A DNA stretch of 62,375 bases, filler included, from Globobulimina sp. (lineage: Eukaryota): assembly GCA_003354225.1 (NCBI GenBank). It is 21 parts of 21 records of this genome, joined end to end, with 100 filler letters (N's around TTAATTAATTAA, not from the genome) between each part and the next. Parts side by side here need not be neighbours in the genome. Positions count along the whole stretch, not along the records: positions 1 to 2,876 come from PIVH01004523.1; positions 2,977 to 5,852 come from PIVH01004524.1; positions 5,953 to 8,828 come from PIVH01004525.1; positions 8,929 to 11,804 come from PIVH01004526.1; 17 more parts are not named here. One strand, 5' to 3'. This document shows, in pieces, positions 1-9,426 of the stretch (positions within the stretch are counted from its first letter, which is position 1; each line of letters begins with the position of its first letter). The position numbers and the translations under genes were made by a program. A model generated the notes under the pieces. It saw only the letters and a list, made by a program, of their open reading frames with translations. It did not search any database and had not been told where the DNA came from.

Positions 1-776
1 GCATTTTTTTCCTCAATTTTATAGGATGATATGTATTGATTATGTAATGAATATCCATTTATTATTGCCGTTGTATTGTTTAATATTTTAAAAGATTTAT
101 CAATCAATAATTCCAATGAAGATAAATGATGAATTAATGCATAGATTGTATTAAAAAATGAAATCCATTCATAATATTCATAAATATCGATTATTAGAAA
201 TATAATATTGAATATTTCAACGATTTGAATGATTTTATAATTAATCGGTGGATATATCAAAATGAGTGAATGTAAGATGAATAGGAAAAACAATAAAAAC
301 CTGTTTGATATAATTAATGTGGATGTGAATAGACTTTGTGTTGGTTCTGGTGATGTATTATTACTGCTATTATCATGAAAATATGAATATAAACCGGCAT
401 AAATTTGATCCATAACATGACTTTCAACATTATATGAAAAATCAGAGATGATGTTGTTTATTATTTGTTGATGTTTTGTTATTGGCTGAATCAAGCATGG
501 ACAAATAATGTATAATATTAGTAAACATTTCTGATATTCACCATCTTGGAGTTGTTTTTGAATTCTGTTGATTTCTTTTGTGATTTGCTTTTCGTTTTCA
601 TATTCACATGTTTGTGCTTTGGGTGATGTGTTCTGAGTTGATAGCTTATTTAAAGCATGTTCATATTTCTCAAAACGTACATTATCCAATCTTTGTGATG
701 TATTTCGTAAATATTCGGCGAATGGGTCATCTTCATATAATATTATGTCACTCTTTTCAAACGGGAATGGCTGCAT
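1..776 (-). CDS. Hypothetical protein, 3'-truncated (MQPFPFEKSDIILYEDDPFAEYLRN...)
   Basis: Manual translation from ATG at 776 stays open for about 258 codons to the window edge. It is absent from the ORF track because it has no stop. Confidence 0.6.
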   Translation of the reverse strand, partial: MQPFPFEKSDIILYEDDPFAEYLRNTSQRLDNVRFEKYEHALNKLSTQNTSPKAQTCEYENEKQITKEINRIQKQLQDGEYQKCLLILYIICPCLIQPITKHQQIINNIISDFSYNVESHVMDQIYAGLYSYFHDNSSNNTSPEPTQSLFTSTLIISNRFLLFFLFILHSLILIYPPINYKIIQIVEIFNIIFLIIDIYEYYEWISFFNTIYALIHHLSSLELLIDKSFKILNNTTAIINGYSLHNQYISSYKIEEKN

Positions 777-932
777 CGATGACGTTTTTAGAAAATGTAT
801 GCATGAAAAGATTTATTTAAGAAATTTTTCATCTAAACGTCAACGCCGTTTTTATGCGATCAGAAATGAAGAATATATTCAGAAATCTTAAAATAACACT
901 AATAATCATCACAAAACACAAAAAAAAATCGG

Positions 933-2876
933 TTACTTGATAATTTCTAGAATAAAATCTTTGCACTCGATACGATTAAATCTATCACAATAAGCTAACA
1001 AATCATATTTACCAGCAATATTTATAATAAATTCCCGTTTATATTTATTAATCAATATTTTTAATATTTTTAATCGATTTAATGATATACAATAAAATAT
1101 TATTGCCGCAAAATTTTCTTTTTCTTTATTTTGTCCAATTAAACATTGCGATAAATATAGACAACAAACATCCAATACAAATATATCATTATTATTATGT
1201 ACCTTAATTGGTATTATTTCCCCTAAAATTGCAATTCCTTTTTTATTATCTTTTAATATGACACTAATTGTATGCTCGATGAATAATTTCAAACTGTTTA
1301 CATACTTTAATTCGATACACATCTCCAAACAATGCATGATTTCTCCATACAATGTTCCATTTTTATCGTATTTTGAATATATTTTATGTACAAAATAACG
1401 AGTTAATTGAATTATAATTGGTTTGTTTTGTGTTTGTACGCCTAATTGTAATGCGGTCATATTCTTTATATTTGTATGTAGCAACAAATCGATTGATAAC
1501 ATATCGTTATTTAGTATGATTTTTACACATTCTTTTTTGTCGTCAATTACTGCTCTTTGCAATATTGTATTATTATTATCATCAAATATGTCCATTTTTA
1601 TATTTGCATTAAATAAATAATAAATTAAATCTGATCGTTCATAATCAATACATGCAAATATATCATGTTTAGTTATTTTACATTGAATGTGCCAATCACA
1701 TAAAACATATTCAATCTCTTTTTGTGATAAATTATATTGCAAAATGTCCAAAATTTTATAATATTTGTACATGTTTTCTCTATTATTCGCTTGTAAATAA
1801 TTACTGATTGTAAAGAAATATAAAATAACCATAAAAATATTCAAAAACATAGCACTGATTATAACTATAACCAATAACCTTAACTCATATGCTTGCTCAT
1901 TTTTTATTAATATCATGCTTGAAATAAGTAAAATGATGCAATTTTCAACGAAACGCGACGCATAAAATATATGCACAGCATTCCAATTTTTAAACAGTAC
2001 AGAAATAAGAGTCCATCCGGTCAGTATTCCAACAATATACAAATAAATATTTGTGGTTTTCGCACAAAAACCAAGATTTGGATAGGAAATAGCAATGGAA
2101 AAGCAATGTAACTGATCATTTCCTAATTTGCGTTTCTTAAATAACATAAAATAAAATATAACTCCATATAACATCCATAAACATAAATAATACGCAGTTG
2201 TACTGATCCATAATAAGCCCATTATTATTACTCTTGCAGATATTTCACAGATTTGATGTATTACAATAACGATACATTTCATATTATTATCTTCAGCAAA
2301 TTCCAATCTATTCCCATTATGTATCATTGACAAAAGCATTGAACAAAGCGATGATAATATAGATATAATTAGTAACAGAGATGTGTGCGAATTCCTATGT
2401 TTCATTAGAAATACAAACTGTATTAAAGTTTGCGGAAAACTTTGTAAAATTGCTTGCATTTTTCTTATCCATTTGAAATAAATATAATCAGAGTATGAGC
2501 CATATACATATTTATAAATTAACACATCAAAAAATTGCATAATTCCGTATTTCCAATGTATAGCGTTGCCAATAGCGAAGCAGCTGATACTTCTATAGGT
2601 TAAATTGGATAATATTGCTAATGCGGTAAAACCAGCGATGCCTTCCATATTATACCAATCCATAATTATTCCAATGTCTGTGCCAGAATCAATAATATGT
2701 ACTACGAACATAATAAAACATATATAACGACTTCTTGTGATCAGTTTATATTTTTCAGGGGGTTTGCTTTTTGGAGATGGTATAGTTGGCAATGTATCAG
2801 AATCAAAATCTGATAGATTTGGGGTATTTTGATTGTTAAATAATCTCAGTGTGTCATCGTATAAATTAACAGGAAT
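933..2876 (-). CDS. XK-related-like multipass membrane protein with C-terminal ankyrin repeats (5'-truncated)
   Basis: XK-like motifs DSGTDI, LQSFPQTLIQ and EISARV plus many TM helices. Ankyrin motifs NNNTILQRAV and NMTALQLGV. The frame is open to the contig end. Confidence 0.65.
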   Translation of the reverse strand: MPVNLYDDTLRLFNNQNTPNLSDFDSDTLPTIPSPKSKPPEKYKLITRSRYICFIMFVVHIIDSGTDIGIIMDWYNMEGIAGFTALAILSNLTYRSISCFAIGNAIHWKYGIMQFFDVLIYKYVYGSYSDYIYFKWIRKMQAILQSFPQTLIQFVFLMKHRNSHTSLLLIISILSSLCSMLLSMIHNGNRLEFAEDNNMKCIVIVIHQICEISARVIIMGLLWISTTAYYLCLWMLYGVIFYFMLFKKRKLGNDQLHCFSIAISYPNLGFCAKTTNIYLYIVGILTGWTLISVLFKNWNAVHIFYASRFVENCIILLISSMILIKNEQAYELRLLVIVIISAMFLNIFMVILYFFTISNYLQANNRENMYKYYKILDILQYNLSQKEIEYVLCDWHIQCKITKHDIFACIDYERSDLIYYLFNANIKMDIFDDNNNTILQRAVIDDKKECVKIILNNDMLSIDLLLHTNIKNMTALQLGVQTQNKPIIIQLTRYFVHKIYSKYDKNGTLYGEIMHCLEMCIELKYVNSLKLFIEHTISVILKDNKKGIAILGEIIPIKVHNNNDIFVLDVCCLYLSQCLIGQNKEKENFAAIIFYCISLNRLKILKILINKYKREFIINIAGKYDLLAYCDRFNRIECKDFILEIIK

Positions 2877-2976
2877 NNNNNNNNNNNNNNNNNNNNNNNN
2901 NNNNNNNNNNNNNNNNNNNNTTAATTAATTAANNNNNNNNNNNNNNNNNNNNNNNNNNNNNNNNNNNNNNNNNNNN
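2877..2976. other. Artificial contig linker (N44-TTAATTAATTAA-N44), first of 20
   Basis: The same 100-nt linker with six-frame stops recurs at 5853, 8829, 11805, 14781, 17757, 20733, 23709, 26684, 29659, 32634, 35609, 38584, 41559, 44534, 47508, 50482, 53456, 56430 and 59403. Contig lengths fall from 2876 to 2873. Confidence 0.98.
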
Positions 2977-3477
2977 GAAAAAAGGAAAAAAGTGAAGGAA
3001 TGGAGAGAAGAAAAGGAACGCGAAGAGACTCAACAAATTAGAAAAAAAAGTGATAGGTTAAAACAAAGAGAATTGAAACAGGAAAAACAACACAAAGCAC
3101 GAGTCAGAGAGCAGAAAAAGTTATTATTACAATTGTCGGAAAGAAAAAAATTAAATGAATTGGTGGAAAAAACCACAATTCAACAATGCAATAGAAATTT
3201 GAAGAAAATTAAAGATTCAGAGAGGAATAAAGAGTTATTAATAAAATTCCGAACAAAGGACATGTTGCTAGTGTCAAAAAAGAAGGAAGCGATAAATAGA
3301 AAACAGCAGAAAGAGAGAGACAGAGAATGGAGACTTGTAAATTTAATTGCAAAGTCACAGCCTGATATTAAGGCAAAAAGAAATACAGAAAGATTGTTAA
3401 AAATGACTGCTTCAACAAAGAAACGCATTGAATTGAAATCAAAAGAAAAATCAAAAAATAAATCCGCACATTTTTGA
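2977..3477 (+). CDS. Coiled-coil protein C-terminus (possibly CCDC112/CCDC148-like)
   Basis: K/E/R/Q-rich heptads; tail RNTERLLKMTAS; 5'-truncated. Confidence 0.5.
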   Translation, partial: EKRKKVKEWREEKEREETQQIRKKSDRLKQRELKQEKQHKARVREQKKLLLQLSERKKLNELVEKTTIQQCNRNLKKIKDSERNKELLIKFRTKDMLLVSKKKEAINRKQQKERDREWRLVNLIAKSQPDIKAKRNTERLLKMTASTKKRIELKSKEKSKNKSAHF

Positions 3478-3579
3478 ATGCACTCAAAATACTTAAATAT
3501 TGTAGTGTTTTTGTTAAGGGTATTGTGTTTATAATAAATTATTTAATCCGAAATAACTTACTAAAAAACCATTATTTGA

Positions 3580-5574
3580 ATGAAAACTTTTGAAACCAAA
3601 AGTGATCAACAGACAAACTCTTTGCTTCCAAATACATCCAAACAAAACAAGAAATTATGTACAAAGAAATGTACATTGTTGGTCATTGTGCTTGGAATTA
3701 TTGTCATTATTTGTGTGTTAATAATAACTGATGCTATTCCAAATATATTGGCTGATAAATCAAATTCAAACAAAGCAGGGACATTTGGAAAATGGTCCTC
3801 TTATGGAGGTTCTTCCAAAAATCAACAATTTGCACCAATTGAAAGTAATGCAATTATTAACCAACAAAACATTAAAAATGTATCATTGCAATGCACCCAT
3901 TCTACCAATGCAATGGATGGTGGATATTCGGGCTTTATCACCATTGATGATGATGACAATGGATATATAACCATTGAAGGCAAAGTATATAAATTTGATT
4001 TGCATATTTGTCAAGAAATTTGGAGTGTAAATATTGCGGAGTTATTGGGATATGATCCTTCATCGATATTAATGATGCGACATACTGGCACTTTATTTTC
4101 TAATTCTAACCAAGTTAAAGGAATACTTTTTGGCGCACCGAATTATTTAAGAGTAGGAATATCATATTTTGAGCCGTGTTGGGCCATTGCATTGAATATA
4201 AATAATGGCTCTTTATTATGGAAAACTAATTTAGGTCAAGGAATTGAAAATTATGGCTGCCGATTGCATGGATTTATGGTGGATGCAAATGACCACTTTG
4301 CGTATGGCGGAATGGCTGTGCCTTCGGCCAGAAATAATTCCGATGCACAACGACCATTTGTAGCTGTTCCGCGTGGAAAGATGTTCAAATTAGATATTGA
4401 CAATGGAGAAATCGTAAATGTTTGGCATTCCATCGATAATGATACATTTAGATTTGATGCAAATTATGTAAATGTATCTGACCCCTATATTTATAGAGGA
4501 GCGTCGCTTTGGAATATGCCTGCAATCATTGCCGATTACTTAGTATTTGGAACTGGAAATATCAACACCTATCCAAAATACGTTGAAAACTGTCTGTTGC
4601 AAAATGAAACGTATGCTTCTTTTGAATCAGCTCCGATTGATCCATGTGGTAACAACAGGAGTAATGATGAAAAGTTCTGGAGATGTTTAGAAAAAGGAGT
4701 ATATCCGTCAAGTTTTATTATATTAAATAAACATACATTTGATGTTGAAGCTGCAGTGCCTTTGCAAGGAATAGACGTTCATGATTACCCGTGTCGTGCT
4801 GGACACATTAATGGTTGTATGCGGGTACAATCTTTCGATGCAGACTTAGCTGCAGTCGCAACGTATGAACATGATGGCAAATATTATGCTTTGGCTGCGC
4901 CAAAATCTGGACATTTATTTTTATTCCAAGTGCCCTCTGGAAAGTTAGTGTTTGCTAAAAGAGTGGGTCTGTGGTCATTTGGTGGTGGTAACCAATGGAG
5001 CATAGCTGTGGATGAACAGCATTTAATTGCAATTGCTACCATCACCGGTGGTGTCCCTGACTATGAAATAGCTGATGTTGGCAATCAAAGATACAAAACA
5101 ATTTTGGCAGATGCAACGGAAATATGTTATAGAACTGGCTCAGCGCATGCTATGAATTTGAACAATGCGGATACAATTTGGCAAATGATGAACGGATGGG
5201 GAGTGATCAACAATTGTTCACATCGGATATTTGATGATTATGTGGATATTACAGTTTCGTGTCAATCTCAACATATAAATGATCCGTCAGAAACCGTTGA
5301 AAATGTAATCAGACCGCCAATCGATGAAAGTGAAAGAGATGAAATTGTTAGTTTAAATTTAGGTAAATTGGTAGCACCAGTTACAATCGTTAATGATATG
5401 GTATTTATTCCATCTTATTCTGGAGATATATTCATTCACAATTTATTTGATGGACAATATATTCATACATTACAATGTCCGAACAGAACAGAAATAAAAG
5501 GCGGTGTTACTGTTTTTGAAGATCGTGTCATATTTTTTTGTGGATCAAACTTATTGATATCAATGAAATTATGA
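3580..5574 (+). CDS. Membrane-anchored PQQ-type beta-propeller protein (polyvinyl-alcohol-dehydrogenase-like)
   Basis: N-terminal TM helix; WSSYGG..NQQFAP; repeated Trp-docking blades (ALNINNGSLLWK, KLDIDNGEIVNVW); GASLWNMPAI..VFGTGN. Confidence 0.7.
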   Translation: MKTFETKSDQQTNSLLPNTSKQNKKLCTKKCTLLVIVLGIIVIICVLIITDAIPNILADKSNSNKAGTFGKWSSYGGSSKNQQFAPIESNAIINQQNIKNVSLQCTHSTNAMDGGYSGFITIDDDDNGYITIEGKVYKFDLHICQEIWSVNIAELLGYDPSSILMMRHTGTLFSNSNQVKGILFGAPNYLRVGISYFEPCWAIALNINNGSLLWKTNLGQGIENYGCRLHGFMVDANDHFAYGGMAVPSARNNSDAQRPFVAVPRGKMFKLDIDNGEIVNVWHSIDNDTFRFDANYVNVSDPYIYRGASLWNMPAIIADYLVFGTGNINTYPKYVENCLLQNETYASFESAPIDPCGNNRSNDEKFWRCLEKGVYPSSFIILNKHTFDVEAAVPLQGIDVHDYPCRAGHINGCMRVQSFDADLAAVATYEHDGKYYALAAPKSGHLFLFQVPSGKLVFAKRVGLWSFGGGNQWSIAVDEQHLIAIATITGGVPDYEIADVGNQRYKTILADATEICYRTGSAHAMNLNNADTIWQMMNGWGVINNCSHRIFDDYVDITVSCQSQHINDPSETVENVIRPPIDESERDEIVSLNLGKLVAPVTIVNDMVFIPSYSGDIFIHNLFDGQYIHTLQCPNRTEIKGGVTVFEDRVIFFCGSNLLISMKL

Positions 5575-6239
5575 TGACAGTAAATGAAATATGGTTTTGC
5601 TTTTCTGACTTTATAATTAGATATTTATTATATTCATAGGTTTGATGCTTCTCGCAATCTCGCTTAGTTGAGTATACAATAAAAAGTCATGATTGGTATT
5701 TAAATGTGTTTAGATGATAGCCATTATGTTGTTATGACCTTGTTCTTGATTTGCAAACCCAAGACAAAGTTATAACAAACCTATAGAAAACCGTTTCTGT
5801 CGTTTAGTTTATAGATTAGATGACTAGTAAACAATGAATAAATCATTGTGCTNNNNNNNNNNNNNNNNNNNNNNNNNNNNNNNNNNNNNNNNNNNNTTAA
5901 TTAATTAANNNNNNNNNNNNNNNNNNNNNNNNNNNNNNNNNNNNNNNNNNNNATCAATATTTTGAAACAGCGTATCAATTTTGGTCGCATTATGGCGTGT
6001 TTTTTGCGGATCTGCATTGTGGAATTTTGGCTCTGTTTTGTGGAACCAGCATTGTGGGGAAGTCACTCAGATGACAAGTGATTTTGCGGACCAGTTTTCC
6101 ATTTGCGGAACTACATAAAGGAACCAGTACACTGATCCGCAAAATATCTTGACGAACTGATATAAAATAATTAATTAAATAAATCTGTTTTAATATTAAA
6201 TAATGACAAATTAAAACAGGAAAAATAAACAAAATAACT

Positions 6240-6365
6240 CATAAAATGCACCTAAAAATACGCCATAAAATCCACCTAAAATACTCTATAAAATTCGCAT
6301 AAAATATCCAAAAAATGCACATAAAATACGCCTAATTCACCATAAAATTCGCCATAAAATCCACA
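6240..6365. repeat. Degenerate 11-12-bp tandem repeat (cataaaat-ncnc) inside the transposon
   Basis: About 10 units such as cataaaatgcac, cataaaatccac, cataaaatacgc, cataaaattcgc. Confidence 0.75.
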
Positions 6366-6869
6366 ATATTTCATTTTAATTCCAAATAAATCAATTCATT
6401 CATTTCGTGAGGCACAATGCCACAAAAATCACCATTAAATATCCCATTAAAATCACTCAAATCGCTTTATTTCCAGTGTCAATTTTGGTGTGTTTGCAGT
6501 GGTGGATTGCCACTCAATTCCTTTCTCCATTCCTTTTCTCATTTTTTTCATCTGATTTATAAATAATTTCTGTTTCTTTTGTTGATACTTGTTTTGTGAC
6601 TGATTGCCGTCCACATAGTCATAGCTCACTCTCTTTTGCCGTATGTTATATCCATTATTTTTATTTTTATTCAATATCTGTTGCTGTTAATTCGTTTCAC
6701 GTGTTTTTGTTTTTGTTGCTGTTCATTCCGTTGTTGATGATGCGTATTATACGAACGTGATCGCGTGCTTTATCCCCAGTTGGTTATTATTGTTAGTAAT
6801 TGTAGTGATTTGACGCGATGAGTTATAGCTGGATTTACGAATATTATTATTTACTTTTGAATATATTTG

Positions 6870-6942
6870 TGGGGCTGCCTCAGGCTTTGAACCTGAATCT
6901 TCTGGATATATCTATCCAGTGCTCTACTTGAGCTAGGCAGTA
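6870..6942 (-). ncRNA. tRNA-like cloverleaf / tRNA-derived element (not a canonical tRNA)
   Basis: Minus strand reads CTGCC-TA-GCTC AAGTA GAGC-A-CTGGA TAGATATA TCCAG-AAGAT-TCAGG TTCAAAG CCTGA-GGCAG. Perfect B-box GGTTCAAAGCC. The D-loop is 5 nt without GG, the anticodon loop is 8 nt, and only 5 acceptor pairs are good. Confidence 0.75.
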
Positions 6943-7668
6943 GTTTGAGGACTGTGCAGTGGATTGATATTGCATTTGCAATTCACAATCATCCACTGAC
7001 TTTGCGGTTCGCCTTCCTTTCAGACGAACGAGAACATGACTGGATGCTGGACATAACAGAGGTAAAGTTTTTCATGTTAATCATTAAGCTTCATTTCATT
7101 TCAACATGAAAAACGCTTTGCGGGGATGTTTTTTGACTTCCACAATGCTAGTCCACAACAGAGAAACTTCCACAATGCCGATCCGCAAAAAACACGCCTC
7201 GCATTATGTCGATATTAATGATAAAAACATGAATAAAATGAATGATAAATTATTAAACGTCTTTTCGTAGAGACAGATTCTGTGAGGTATAAAATATCGC
7301 AGTTGTTTTCGTCGAGATGTTTTCGTTATATTTTAAATTAGTAAACAAATATTTCGATAAATGTAAAATTAAAGCAAATGGAGCCGGAGCCACAAGAAGA
7401 ATAAATCCGGTGTTATTGCATGCGAATGGGGGCATTGATAATGGCGATAATAATTTGCTATCGTGCATCACGCTGTCATTCATATTTGTGATGATAGCTT
7501 AAAGAAAGCACCTTATGAACAAGATTTGGGTTCAATTCCCAATCGTAACTTTTATTATTTTTATTTTATTAAAAAGTTTCAAATAACTTAAGTTTCAAAT
7601 TAATTTTAAATTGACGACAAGCTAACTAACGAGATAATCAAAGACAAATAATAATAAAAAAATATTAT

Positions 7669-8694
7669 TTAAAATGCTGCTTGTGGTACGGCAACATTTG
7701 TTGGTTCATCAAATAAGTTGTCCAATGGTGGAAAATCCCGGAGACCAGGACCTAACTTCAAATCTTGAACCGCGTTTCTTTTCCATTGTGGATTCATTAT
7801 TAATCTTTGAATGGTATCCAATTGTGTAAATAAATCATTCATCTTTACATTCATCCATTGAATTTGTAAATTAAATAACTGTGCATTGAATTCACCTAAA
7901 TATTTTTGATTTGAAATAATACGTTCACGATCTTCAAATATTGCTTGCAATTGTGTGGACGCTACTGCTCCATCTTGTAAATCTACTTCATCCAATAATA
8001 CTGAAGTTTCACTGAATAATATTTCACCTGTACCTACCAATGCTGCACATGTTATTGTTGCTACACAACCACTAATTCCTAAAGGATCTTCACAATTTTG
8101 TGCAATTTCACATACTTCTCTTAAAGCAGCTAACACTTGTGTTGCAAGATGTACATTACGAATAAGACGTGCTACAGCATTAACATCTGTATAAGAGTCT
8201 TTTGATCCACCTGGTAATAATGCAGGAGATGTTTTACCTCCAAATCCACCATAACCACCAAATCCTCGAACTTGACGTAACCAAACTTGTCGACTTAATC
8301 TGGAAAGCATTGCATTATAATCACTTCCTGAATTCGATCCTGGTGTTGCTGGGCCACAATATTGTTGACCATCATTGGAACATTGTGATTGCATTCTTCT
8401 TGCTCTTCTACGTGAATCATCTGATAATGTTGATGTTGAATTACTTGAATTAACACTTTTAACAATCCATGGAATATCAGCACATAAAGAAATAAAATCT
8501 TTTGGTAATTTTGCTGCTAATAGTTGTGTAAATTCTGATGAAACAATTAAAGATAAATTTTGAGGATGTTCTGAATGAGATGATTCTACACTTTGAAAAC
8601 AATCAATAATTGTTTTCGGTGAAAGATCACTTGAGGATCCGATGCCAAATGCAAACATAATGCCTACAATCTTTGATAACATTTTTATCAACAA
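7669..8694 (-). CDS. Secreted hypothetical protein with Cys-containing region and C-terminal coiled coil
   Basis: 341-aa ORF with a signal-peptide-like N-terminus and a basic cluster RRRARR resembling a convertase site. Confidence 0.7.
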   Translation of the reverse strand: MLIKMLSKIVGIMFAFGIGSSSDLSPKTIIDCFQSVESSHSEHPQNLSLIVSSEFTQLLAAKLPKDFISLCADIPWIVKSVNSSNSTSTLSDDSRRRARRMQSQCSNDGQQYCGPATPGSNSGSDYNAMLSRLSRQVWLRQVRGFGGYGGFGGKTSPALLPGGSKDSYTDVNAVARLIRNVHLATQVLAALREVCEIAQNCEDPLGISGCVATITCAALVGTGEILFSETSVLLDEVDLQDGAVASTQLQAIFEDRERIISNQKYLGEFNAQLFNLQIQWMNVKMNDLFTQLDTIQRLIMNPQWKRNAVQDLKLGPGLRDFPPLDNLFDEPTNVAVPQAAF

Positions 8695-8928
8695 AATTCT
8701 TCACAAATTGTGGTGTGTTTTTGTTCTTGTTTTTAATTTTTAAAGTCGAATATACAGTTTTAAAATAGAGCAAGAAGTCTAATAATAGAAACTAAAAATA
8801 GATCCTATTCTAATATTAGAAACTAAAANNNNNNNNNNNNNNNNNNNNNNNNNNNNNNNNNNNNNNNNNNNNTTAATTAATTAANNNNNNNNNNNNNNNN
8901 NNNNNNNNNNNNNNNNNNNNNNNNNNNN

Positions 8929-9357
8929 AAAGAATGGAAAATCATGCTCGGAAACAGAAATCCAAATATTTTGATTGGCATTTTGAATGTAAAAAAAGCA
9001 AAGGATTTGAAATTAAAGAAAAAAAGGCTCATATGTTATAGCTATGGAGATAGTATCGTAAGCAACGGAGATTTTACTGATCGGAAACTCTGCGGATATG
9101 GATTGTATTTAGTTGACGGTTCGCTATATCATCGACATCAAGTTCTTAGCGAGAAATATCTGAACCATCCATTTGTTAGGAATGATATAATTACAATCAT
9201 ATTAGATATGAAAACAAATCAATCATTTGGAACATTAAAATTCAATGCAAATGATAAGGAAATGAATTCAAATGCATTCGAAAGTATTGACTTAAATGAA
9301 ACTTATGTATTAGCAGTTGCGCTGTACAATGAGTTCACCATTTATTTATTGTCTTAA
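8929..9357 (+). CDS. SPRY/B30.2-like domain protein (partial)
   Basis: NDIITIILDM...GTLKFNAND...AFESIDLNETYVLAVAL matches the SPRY C-terminal pattern. Confidence 0.65.
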   Translation, partial: KEWKIMLGNRNPNILIGILNVKKAKDLKLKKKRLICYSYGDSIVSNGDFTDRKLCGYGLYLVDGSLYHRHQVLSEKYLNHPFVRNDIITIILDMKTNQSFGTLKFNANDKEMNSNAFESIDLNETYVLAVALYNEFTIYLLS

Positions 9358-9426
9358 GTGCGTGTTTGTCGTTTATGAGTGAGAGAGAGTTGACATGGTT
9401 GCAAGCGTAAACATGATTTAATTTCA

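Larger units (their letters stand above)
5994..7198. mobile_element. Non-autonomous Mutator-like (MULE) DNA transposon, 1205 bp
   Basis: Imperfect TIRs of about 70 bp starting GGCGTGTTTTTTGCGGATC (5994 onward; reverse complement ends at 7198). Perfect 9-bp target-site duplication TCGCATTAT at 5985-5993 and 7199-7207. No transposase ORF. Confidence 0.88.

Noticed and set aside
6240-6365. CRISPR-like array
   Set aside because: Units are 11-12 bp, degenerate and contiguous, with no unique spacers and no cas genes.
6870-6942. Functional decoding tRNA
   Set aside because: The 8-nt anticodon loop, missing D-loop GG and incomplete acceptor stem allow no confident anticodon assignment.
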